A stretch of 64,000 bases of DNA. Origin: a virus. Lineage: Duplodnaviria; Caudoviricetes. Shown in pieces: positions 10,450 through 18,394 of this stretch. The stretch lies in the IMG/VR virus record IMGVR_UViG_3300034069_002177, positions 128,001 to 192,000 of that record; one strand, given 5' to 3'. Position numbers and translations under genes: made by a program. A model generated the notes under the pieces. The model made no database searches. It was not told where the DNA came from and saw nothing but the letters and a program-made list of their open reading frames with translations. The first letter of the stretch is position 1. The number at the start of each line of letters is the position of its first letter.

Positions 10450-11019
10450 ATGACGATGACTGCTACAACGGCACATGTGTTGCCAGATGAAGTGAGCAAC
10501 TTCCTACGGGACGTTCATCTCCACGGCAAGCCCGAATGCGCTAACTACTATTTCAAGGTTGCTGCCAAAAGTGGATGGTCCTTGCGCAAAATTGGCGGTG
10601 CTGTCGGGTTCTCTGCCGAAGCAATCAGAAACCGCATCAAGAATCTTGAACTAAATGAGGCTCATGCACTGGAGAGCGCACCTGTCATCCCCGAGTATCA
10701 ACCCGCACCCAAAAAGGTTCCTGAACCCAAGCAGAAAGAACTGCGGTACGTCATTCCCAAGTCGGTAGCGAAGAAGCTCCAAGACTTGAAAATTCTCGCC
10801 GCGCAAGTGAGTAGAAATACCCCCGAAGATGCACCTTCGAGACTAGCTAGCGCCGAGTTGGCTAGGTTGATGTTCGTTGAAAAGAGCAATGGAGCTACCT
10901 ATCAAGAAATAGCCGAAGCTACCGGTTTGTCATCGTGGGCTTCTGTAAAGTTCCGCCTGGGTCGTCACGGCTATATCAATCTCCCGCCGTCAATGGCGCA
11001 CGAACGTATTCTCAGTTAG
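10450..11019 (+). CDS. Double helix-turn-helix DNA-binding protein
   Basis: GWSLRKIGGAVGFSAEAIRNRI and GATYQEIAEATGLSSWASVKFRL. Confidence 0.7.
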   Translation: MTMTATTAHVLPDEVSNFLRDVHLHGKPECANYYFKVAAKSGWSLRKIGGAVGFSAEAIRNRIKNLELNEAHALESAPVIPEYQPAPKKVPEPKQKELRYVIPKSVAKKLQDLKILAAQVSRNTPEDAPSRLASAELARLMFVEKSNGATYQEIAEATGLSSWASVKFRLGRHGYINLPPSMAHERILS

Positions 11020-11049
11020 GAAGCTTTGATAGGGTGTGGCAAATTTCCA

Positions 11050-11072
11050 TGTCAGTGGGTTTGTAGTACACT
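11050..11072 (+). promoter_or_regulatory. PafBC-like promoter TGTCAG(TG)-N11-TACACT
   Basis: TGTCAG 11050-11055, TACACT 11067-11072; spacer is one base longer than canonical. Confidence 0.5.
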
Positions 11073-11120
11073 TGAATGCAGTAGGAAAGAAGCATCCTAG
11101 CGCAAATTGGAGGTGGCGAA

Positions 11121-11543
11121 ATGGCTCAAATGAAATTCGCTGTCAAGTGCCAAATGTGCAAAAACACTACTAAAGATCCTAGCGGTCTTTGCCAGCACCA
11201 CCGCAATCTCAGTGGTAGCGCGGTTCGCAAGCTGACATTCGGCTCGGGTTTGACCCCCAAGCAGGAAACGCTGAAAAGTGCCGTGGTAAGTAACACCGAA
11301 GACCAGAATCTTTATCTGAGCGCAGCGAGCATCCAAAACGAGATTGTCAAGGGCATCGCTTACGAATTAGATCTCACAGACGGATACGGCGAAGAATTCG
11401 ACACTCTGCAATCCGTAGAGGAAGCGGGCAAACCTAATGAAGGTCTTCTTGCATTCACAACTGTGGGCGGCGTGACAATGTACTTCTCCCCTGAGGAATT
11501 CGTAGATGTTCGTCTCGGTGATTCAGCCGTCAACGCCGCTTAG
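11121..11543 (+). CDS. Hypothetical protein with N-terminal C-C-C-H zinc knuckle
   Basis: KCQMCKNTTKDPSGLCQHH; RBS GGAGGT. Confidence 0.75.
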   Translation: MAQMKFAVKCQMCKNTTKDPSGLCQHHRNLSGSAVRKLTFGSGLTPKQETLKSAVVSNTEDQNLYLSAASIQNEIVKGIAYELDLTDGYGEEFDTLQSVEEAGKPNEGLLAFTTVGGVTMYFSPEEFVDVRLGDSAVNAA

Positions 11544-12217
11544 AGACCGCTAACGGCAATCGAGAAGATAGCCAATACGGGGATGATGATAAGAGCCGCG
11601 CCGAAGTACGTCATGTAGCGTCTACCAAATCGACGCGGGGGCTTGCCTGCACCATTGTCAACTATCTTGACGACGCTACCGGTACGCATGAGTCGGAATT
11701 TCTCTACTTCGTTGATACCCTGTGGCTTGTATCCCAAGAGTTTGTCTGAGCGATAATCATTTTCCAAATCAAATGTGTCGATGACCGGGAATTGGTTCGG
11801 GAACCACCGGAAGAACCCTTTGACTAGCGCTACAAAATCAGATGCAGTGTCTCGACTGTTGTCTACGAGACTCCGTACTTCGTCTTCAAACGTCTGACCA
11901 TCTTCACGGGACAGAAGCATCTCCTTGACGGACTTAGGCGTCCCGTCTGGGTGAAGCGTAAGCTGTTCTTTCCACGTCCTACCCGAGACATCTTGCTTCG
12001 GTTTGCGAACGGTAGGCTCATCCCGCTGCGTTTCTAGAATAATGGAATGACCACTCCAGTGAATCTGACCTATCGTGTCGATGAAGAATGGCTGATTGGC
12101 GTAGTCGAGCTTGCCTGCCCCATTGGATGAGACAGTGACTGTCGTGACGTTACCATCAGAGTTGTTCCTGATGGTGACTCGATCATTGGGCTGTAGTTCT
12201 GGGATGCTGAGCGGCAC
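11540..12217 (-). CDS. Hypothetical protein with C-terminal membrane anchor
   Basis: RBS GAAGG, GTG start; hydrophobic C-terminus YFGAALIIIPVLAIFSIAVSGL preceded by RRFGRR. Confidence 0.65.
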   Translation of the reverse strand: MPLSIPELQPNDRVTIRNNSDGNVTTVTVSSNGAGKLDYANQPFFIDTIGQIHWSGHSIILETQRDEPTVRKPKQDVSGRTWKEQLTLHPDGTPKSVKEMLLSREDGQTFEDEVRSLVDNSRDTASDFVALVKGFFRWFPNQFPVIDTFDLENDYRSDKLLGYKPQGINEVEKFRLMRTGSVVKIVDNGAGKPPRRFGRRYMTYFGAALIIIPVLAIFSIAVSGL

Positions 12218-12232
12218 TGTTCGTCCTTCGAC

Positions 12233-14206
12233 TTAATCAAACAACGCACTGAGCGTGTTATCCGTATTGACTACACTATCATTTGTGTTCGGCTTAGACA
12301 CCAACTCGCGAGCGGTTGCCTCAAAATCAGCGGCATCCATCACTTTGATGCCAAGCGATGCAGCCTTCTGCAATTTAGAACCGGCATCTTCACCAGCAAC
12401 TACGAGGTCCGTGGTCTTGCTGACGCTTGACTGAACATTGGCACCCAGTTTCTTAGCCTCGTCCGCAGCCTGCGTGCGACCGAACGTAGGAAACTTTCCC
12501 GTCATGACGAGGTTGAGTCCAATGAAAGGACTTGCGTTAGGTACCACAACACGCTCTGCTTCTACAGGCTTGTACCCGTATCGGACATACAGTTCACGCT
12601 CGGTACGCTCGATTCGCTCCTGAGCAGCAATGACACTCTTTGCCTTGGTACCCCCAAAGCGGGGAATTGCCAGAAGATCTTCTTCGCTTGCCTGAGCGAT
12701 ACCGCCGAGAGTGTGAAACCTTTCCGCAAGCTGGGTAGCAGTCGAAAGAGATGCGCGAGCAATTCCCAATGCAGCGAACCATTTGGCAACCGTTGCGCCC
12801 TTGATGGCATCCTGAATAGCCTTGACAGCCTTATTGGCGGAAACGGTACCCTGCCGGTCCAGTTCCGTAATCTGAGCAGGTGTGACACCAAGCATGTCCA
12901 CGAGGTCTTTGACGATGCCTGCGGCAACAAGCTTACCTACGAGAACGGATGAAACTCCCAGAACCCCAAGCTGTCCAAGCCCATAGGTGATGATCGTGAC
13001 AGGGTCGCAGCCACCTACAGAGCAAACAATGTCTTTGTTCTTGAAATAGATGGGCGATCCACAGGTGGGGCAGGCATCGGGAATGGCAATATCTACCGCA
13101 TCGGGGGAGTGGTCGCCGTTTCGACCAATGACATAAGGAATAACTTCGTTGCTGCGCTGAACATCAATCGTGTCATTGATTTTGATATCCATTTCCTGAA
13201 GGAAAGTTGCATTGTGAAGTGTAGCGCGAGCTACATCAACGCCAAGCTTGATGGGTTCGAAAACTGCCACCGGAACGATGCGTCCAGTACGCCCAGTGCT
13301 CCACTCGACAGCGTGAAGAACAGTCTGCTTGACTTCGGACTTGAACTTGAAAGCGACAGCCCAGTTAGGAGACGTGGATGATTCACCGAGGGCATCCCTC
13401 GTGGGCTGATCTCCTACCTTAATGACTACACCATCGGAATCAAATCCAAAGTCCTTACGCTCTGTTTCAAGGCGGGTGATGAGAGCCATGATGGAAGCAG
13501 CATGGTCTTCCTTGACCGTTTCGAAGAAGTGTTCGATAGAAGTGAGAAATCCCTCTTCTTCTAGCTGCCAAGTGGGCAGGTCGCCGCCGTAGGTTACGAA
13601 GTCAACGAACTCACCAATACCGGTAACGTTTTTGCGACGAATGATTCCGGTGGCAGTGTTTCGCGGGTTCGAGTAGTCGCCACCCAGGGGCGAGTTGTTC
13701 AGCTTCTCAAAATTCTCATGAGTGACGATGACTTCACCTCGAACTTCCGTCCGAACACGACCGGTGTCGATAGAGTCAGGCAGTTTTCCAGCGGAAATGA
13801 GTTCACGAATAGCGGGGGTGATGTCCTCCCCATAGATGCCGTTCCCTCGCGTAACGGCGCGCTCGAAGTATCCATCGACACCATAGATGACCGATGCTGC
13901 GCCACCGTCGTACTTCAATTCAACGGTGTATTTACGAGCCTCAGAGTTCTTGACGAATTCCTCGATATCTTCGGCGGCAAAAACTTTACGAAGAGAGAGC
14001 ATGCGCTCCTTATGGGCAATCTTGCCTTCAGGAACATACCCGTGACCGACGCCCGCTTCTTCCTCGTCCACGCCAAGTGAATCCAACTCAGCAACGATGA
14101 GATCGAACTCGTCATCTGAGATGACGGACTCGCCGGAGTAATAAGCCTGAGAGGCTTCATCTCGCTTGGCGCTCAGCGCGGCGATGCGTTCTTCTTTGTT
14201 AGTCAC
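12233..14206 (-). CDS. ligA: NAD+-dependent DNA ligase
   Basis: ELKYDG, TRGNGIYGEDIT, NPRN, DGVVIK, WAVAFKF, GRTG, ATLHN, Zn finger CPTCGS, BRCT SVSKTTDLVVAGEDAGSKL. Confidence 0.96.
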   Translation of the reverse strand: MTNKEERIAALSAKRDEASQAYYSGESVISDDEFDLIVAELDSLGVDEEEAGVGHGYVPEGKIAHKERMLSLRKVFAAEDIEEFVKNSEARKYTVELKYDGGAASVIYGVDGYFERAVTRGNGIYGEDITPAIRELISAGKLPDSIDTGRVRTEVRGEVIVTHENFEKLNNSPLGGDYSNPRNTATGIIRRKNVTGIGEFVDFVTYGGDLPTWQLEEEGFLTSIEHFFETVKEDHAASIMALITRLETERKDFGFDSDGVVIKVGDQPTRDALGESSTSPNWAVAFKFKSEVKQTVLHAVEWSTGRTGRIVPVAVFEPIKLGVDVARATLHNATFLQEMDIKINDTIDVQRSNEVIPYVIGRNGDHSPDAVDIAIPDACPTCGSPIYFKNKDIVCSVGGCDPVTIITYGLGQLGVLGVSSVLVGKLVAAGIVKDLVDMLGVTPAQITELDRQGTVSANKAVKAIQDAIKGATVAKWFAALGIARASLSTATQLAERFHTLGGIAQASEEDLLAIPRFGGTKAKSVIAAQERIERTERELYVRYGYKPVEAERVVVPNASPFIGLNLVMTGKFPTFGRTQAADEAKKLGANVQSSVSKTTDLVVAGEDAGSKLQKAASLGIKVMDAADFEATARELVSKPNTNDSVVNTDNTLSALFD

Positions 14207-14230
14207 GATTTCTTCTTTCTTCGATACGTC

Positions 14231-14259
14231 AATCTACCACATTGAAAGGGATACCGCAA
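14231..14259 (-). promoter_or_regulatory. sigmaA promoter for ligA, TTGCGG-17-TAGATT (extended -10)
   Basis: Reverse-strand reading. Confidence 0.6.
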
Positions 14260-14353
14260 TGCAACTTAGGAAGGGTCCAGACGGACAAGTTTTCGTATTC
14301 GGAATGAGTATGCACGTTGTCGTATAGGATGAACCACGAATACAGGAGCGTTC

Positions 14354-15133
14354 ATGAAAAGACTTGTCGGACTGGCAGCCATTACGGTTGCAACCGTTGC
14401 CTTGCTGACGGGTTGTACCGCCATTCAAAGCAAGCCCGAAGTCATCCACTACCCCACTTACCCAGAACAGAATGTTTCTGCTCCCAAGTATGACACAAAA
14501 GCCGGTAAGGCAACGAAGCAAATTAGCTACAACAGCGAGTCGGTGCAGACAAGCACGCTCATTCCTAATACCACCATCAGCCCAGATTCCATTCCTCAGG
14601 ATTTGCAAGATTCCAAGGTATTTGATATCACCCCACCGGTAGAAAACCAACCATTTATTGTCAAGATCACTTACAGGAGCAACAAGGCTGGATACTTCAC
14701 AGGGGTGTCATCAACAGGTGATTACACGGACACTATCAATTCATTCGATTCTCCTGGTACAAAATACGCCATTATTGGCGTGTACGGTAAGTCTCAGACT
14801 GAGGGCGTCAAGGTGTTCGGTGACGGGCAATGGACATTAGACATCACCCCTATTTCACAGTTGCCTGTTTTCAATGGCAAGAAAATTAGTGGCACAGGAG
14901 CTAAGGCGTTTCTTGTCAACGGCAAAACCGTCAACGTCCTCATCGCGGACGATGGTGCCGGTTTCAATCTTTACTCTTATGGGTACCAGAACCGAGTTCT
15001 CGAAAGCAACAACAGCGGGTCGCAGAATCTCAATACGGCACTACCCGGTAACGGCACAATTGTGATAGTCGATTACGACAAGCCCTGGTCCATCACCAAA
15101 GCTAAGAAGGTCGTCAGTGAAGAAGCTAAGTAA
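14354..15133 (+). CDS. Lipoprotein
   Basis: MKRLVG..., lipobox LLTGC; beta-rich body. Confidence 0.8.
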   Translation: MKRLVGLAAITVATVALLTGCTAIQSKPEVIHYPTYPEQNVSAPKYDTKAGKATKQISYNSESVQTSTLIPNTTISPDSIPQDLQDSKVFDITPPVENQPFIVKITYRSNKAGYFTGVSSTGDYTDTINSFDSPGTKYAIIGVYGKSQTEGVKVFGDGQWTLDITPISQLPVFNGKKISGTGAKAFLVNGKTVNVLIADDGAGFNLYSYGYQNRVLESNNSGSQNLNTALPGNGTIVIVDYDKPWSITKAKKVVSEEAK

Positions 15134-15869
15134 AGCCATCGCGGCAATGATTGCCGTGTCATTTCTACTCACCGCCTGTTCAAGTAGCAAGCCGGAGCCA
15201 GTACCGACTGCCACCAAAACAGAGGCGGCAGTCGTGCGCCCCAATTACGACACTAGTGATAAAGCTTCGATTCCTTTCACCATCAATGGAACTGGCTCAC
15301 GAGACATCAAAATCAACTTCCCTACTGGCTACAAGGAACCGTCTCTAGTGACCCTAAGTAGTAATGGCGCTGTCGATGTAACAGAGCTAAACTATGACGG
15401 TGACAGTGTTGCGGATACCGTCAGTATTGATTCCGACGAGGGTGGCTCCCAAACAGTCGCCAAATACCCCACAGCAGATACCCCCGCTCGAACTTCCAAC
15501 TTCCACGTCGATGCCAAGGATGGAGTTGCATGGGCTATCAGTGCGCAGTCATTGGGTTCCGTTCAGAAATTGTCCAGCCTCAGCGTTTCAGGTACCGAAT
15601 CGCAAATCTTTATGCTCGATTCAAAGGCTAACGTTCTGGACTTCAAAACCATCGGTGATGGTTCGGCAACGGTCTACATCATTCCTCTTAAAGGCGATTC
15701 ACCGGTATCGCTCGGTGGAGGTCAGGACACGGGCAACTACAGAACGCCAGCCTCTTCATCTAACGCCAATCTTAAGAACTATGAAGGCTCGGTATTCGAG
15801 ATTGTAGCGAACAACCCGGATACGCAGAGCTACCAATTGATTTTCACACAGCAAAATCTTGACAACTAG
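15117..15869 (+). CDS. Lipoprotein, paralog of upstream gene
   Basis: MKKLSK..., lipobox LLTAC; shared P(K/N)YDT and W.I...L.....SGT segments. Confidence 0.8.
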   Translation: MKKLSKAIAAMIAVSFLLTACSSSKPEPVPTATKTEAAVVRPNYDTSDKASIPFTINGTGSRDIKINFPTGYKEPSLVTLSSNGAVDVTELNYDGDSVADTVSIDSDEGGSQTVAKYPTADTPARTSNFHVDAKDGVAWAISAQSLGSVQKLSSLSVSGTESQIFMLDSKANVLDFKTIGDGSATVYIIPLKGDSPVSLGGGQDTGNYRTPASSSNANLKNYEGSVFEIVANNPDTQSYQLIFTQQNLDN

Positions 15870-15896
15870 CACACAATTGAAGCGATTGCGTAAGAA

Positions 15897-15918
15897 TGTC
15901 AGAGGTGTTCGTTATTCT
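15897..15918 (+). promoter_or_regulatory. PafBC/RecA-NDp-like promoter TGTCAG-N10-TATTCT
   Basis: Exact spacing; -10 lies in the loop of 8-bp IR GTGTTCGT/ACGAACAC (15905-15932). Confidence 0.6.
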
Positions 15919-15946
15919 TTAAACACGAACACAAGGAGTGACAATC

Positions 15947-16936
15947 GTGCCTAGCAACAAGATCGCTTGCCTCAACCCCGAGGCTCACCACACTCAGACT
16001 CATATCGCTGGTTCTGCCGCAGCTATTGCCTGCCAGCAGACCAACGGACGCAGTACGAAGATGGCTCACATCGTTGTCCCTCCGCGTCAAGTGCATAAGG
16101 GTAACAACATCGGAAACGTTTCCGTACTCACCAACATCTCCGAGGAAGCCCTGGAGTTCTCTAAGGCGAATATCAAGCGCGAAACCCCTCGTAACGTCGC
16201 TTCTCTTATCGAGGTAGCATCAACAAGCTCTGCTCTTCGTGAACAGTTCAAAGATTTCACCCGTCCTTTCGTCAACTTGGTTCATGACGAAGACTATGCG
16301 GATGCTTACGGCGAGAACGCACTACTTCCCAACCCCCACGATGTAGGTTTCACCTATACCGAGCCTAACGACCAGACTCAGAAGATCATTGACGCTCAAA
16401 AGGCACCTGGGTTCAACGGATTTGTTCAAGCGCTGGCTACGGAGATGGATACCGACTTCGACCAGGCAGCTTCCGCCTACAAGGTAATTGCCGGTTACTT
16501 GGGTGATGAAGACATCGCTAAGGTATATGCCGTTGGTTGCCTTCGTTCCGAATACCTTGACCGCAAGGACGAGGTTGCAGAGATCAATAAGGGCATCAAA
16601 GAACTTGAAGCTCTTTTCAATGAAGAGGTGGACGACGGAACTAAGGTCGGCAAGCACGGTATCGGTTTTGCTGACGGTGACGGCGTTCAGTTCACCCCTG
16701 CTCGTCAGTTCAACTACGATGACGCCGCTCCGCTTCCCTTGGATGACCTCGAAGGCGATGAGCGTGCTGAGGCTGTCGAATACAACAAGAATCGACTTTC
16801 TCAGGACGCCTATAAGAGCATCATTAAGTCTTGGGAGCCCAAGTATGAGCCCCTAGCTAAGATCGAGAAGACCCTAGAAAAAGAAGACTTTGACAAGTTC
16901 GTCACCTTTGGCTCGACCAAATTGACTGTCAAGTAA
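15947..16936 (+). CDS. Hypothetical protein with N-terminal Cys/His motif
   Basis: RBS AAGGAG, GTG 15947; IACLNPEAHHTQTHIAGSAAAIAC; own terminator. Confidence 0.75.
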   Translation: MPSNKIACLNPEAHHTQTHIAGSAAAIACQQTNGRSTKMAHIVVPPRQVHKGNNIGNVSVLTNISEEALEFSKANIKRETPRNVASLIEVASTSSALREQFKDFTRPFVNLVHDEDYADAYGENALLPNPHDVGFTYTEPNDQTQKIIDAQKAPGFNGFVQALATEMDTDFDQAASAYKVIAGYLGDEDIAKVYAVGCLRSEYLDRKDEVAEINKGIKELEALFNEEVDDGTKVGKHGIGFADGDGVQFTPARQFNYDDAAPLPLDDLEGDERAEAVEYNKNRLSQDAYKSIIKSWEPKYEPLAKIEKTLEKEDFDKFVTFGSTKLTVK

Positions 16937-16944
16937 GACCCTTC

Positions 16945-16987
16945 AACTAAATGGTCCCTGTAGAGATACAGGGACCATTTAGTTTTT
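16945..16987 (+). terminator. Intrinsic terminator
   Basis: 18-bp perfect IR, GAGA loop, T-tail. Confidence 0.9.
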
Positions 16988-17048
16988 CCTTGTGTTACCT
17001 GAGCGAAGTGCTACGATGTGCATTCAACACAAGCTGCTGAGGAAATTG

Positions 17049-18305
17049 ATGGCACAGAGAGATAACCGCGACTTTGGCGAACTCCGCGAAACCGCACCAA
17101 CAGATCAAGATTTTTACCGTGCTCTAGGTGAAAAGATGGGTCGTAGTCGATCCACTACCGGCAAGAGAGTTGCTGCTATCGGCGTGTGGGTGGTCGTCAT
17201 TGCATTCTTGGCTTTAACGGTTCTGAGCGCATTCCAAGTGAATACCAACCGCAACGGAACAGTCAAGCTTCAGGGGATGATTACGACTCAGTACAACCCT
17301 TCGTTTAAAACGCGCTATTCTGATCTTGGTAAAGAAATCATCAATAGCTGGTATGACACCAACGTCTCTCCTGCGCCAGTGCAGCTTGCTGATGGAGTAT
17401 CCTGGCCGCACACGGGTACGAGCGACCTCACTGATATCGAAGCCAACAATCAGGCAATCGCGAGCAAAGCGGACTACACCCCTTCCATCACTGTGCGTAA
17501 CGTCACTTACATTGGCGGTCGTCAAGAAAAGTCGCCCACTGTTGATGGTCAGTTCTATGAAATCGACATGTACTCGGCTTATGTCGATGGAACGCTCAGT
17601 AACATTTCCGTTACTCTTACCATCCCAAGCCTAGACGACTACACAACCCTTCCCACTTTGATGAACGAGCCGTCTATTCTTCCTAGCACCGCTTCTGTCG
17701 GCAAGCCGACCACTAGCGATGCGCCCAACTGGCGTGGAGTTTCGGCTACTGACAATTTCACCACGCAGCTAGAGTCATGGGCTGCCGCTTACACCGCAAA
17801 TGATTCATCTGCACTCAAGCAGATTACCGGTGATAACAGTGGAAGCTTCTACGTAGGTGCTGTATCCGACAAGACGTGGCAGTACATCAAAGACTCCGCA
17901 AAGGTTGTCTGGATCAAGGAAAACAACGGAAACACCAATGAAGCTGTTGCTCAGGTTACCTGGCAGATGAAGCTTCCCGACACTACCGTTGATGACCCCA
18001 ACAGCGACGACAGCAGCGATACTATCACCCAGACTGGCGCTACTCAGACGCAGCGTCTTGAGATCCTCATCAAGAGCCCCGGTAGTGGTCTTCCGCTTAT
18101 TGTTGCCTGGGGTCCAGTTGGAAGCTACGCAACTCTTACCGAGGACACCAACAAGTTGACCCAGGACGAGTACAACGCGATCACTGGATCTGTCACTTCC
18201 GATGGCGGCTCAGACTCTGGGAGCGGTACCGATAGTGGAACTACCAGTGATAATGGAAGTACACCTGCACCGACCGATTCAAGTACCGGAAAACCTTCGG
18301 ACTAA
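17049..18305 (+). CDS. TcpC/VirB8-like conjugal transfer protein (bitopic membrane protein)
   Basis: Single TM (IGVWVVVIAFLALTVLSAF), two extracellular NTF2-like repeats, FTTQLESWAAAYTAND, AWGPVG; directly upstream of VirB4. Confidence 0.55.
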   Translation: MAQRDNRDFGELRETAPTDQDFYRALGEKMGRSRSTTGKRVAAIGVWVVVIAFLALTVLSAFQVNTNRNGTVKLQGMITTQYNPSFKTRYSDLGKEIINSWYDTNVSPAPVQLADGVSWPHTGTSDLTDIEANNQAIASKADYTPSITVRNVTYIGGRQEKSPTVDGQFYEIDMYSAYVDGTLSNISVTLTIPSLDDYTTLPTLMNEPSILPSTASVGKPTTSDAPNWRGVSATDNFTTQLESWAAAYTANDSSALKQITGDNSGSFYVGAVSDKTWQYIKDSAKVVWIKENNGNTNEAVAQVTWQMKLPDTTVDDPNSDDSSDTITQTGATQTQRLEILIKSPGSGLPLIVAWGPVGSYATLTEDTNKLTQDEYNAITGSVTSDGGSDSGSGTDSGTTSDNGSTPAPTDSSTGKPSD

Positions 18306-18318
18306 CAAAACCATCCCC

Positions 18319-18346
18319 GCCCCGGCTATTGAAAGATAGCCGGGGC
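18319..18346 (+). terminator. Hairpin without U-tail (possible terminator or processing site)
   Basis: GCCCCGGCTAT-TGAAAG-ATAGCCGGGGC. Confidence 0.55.
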
Positions 18347-18394
18347 ACAAGAACCAACACAGCGAACTGCAATTAGGGTAGGATACGAGCAATT

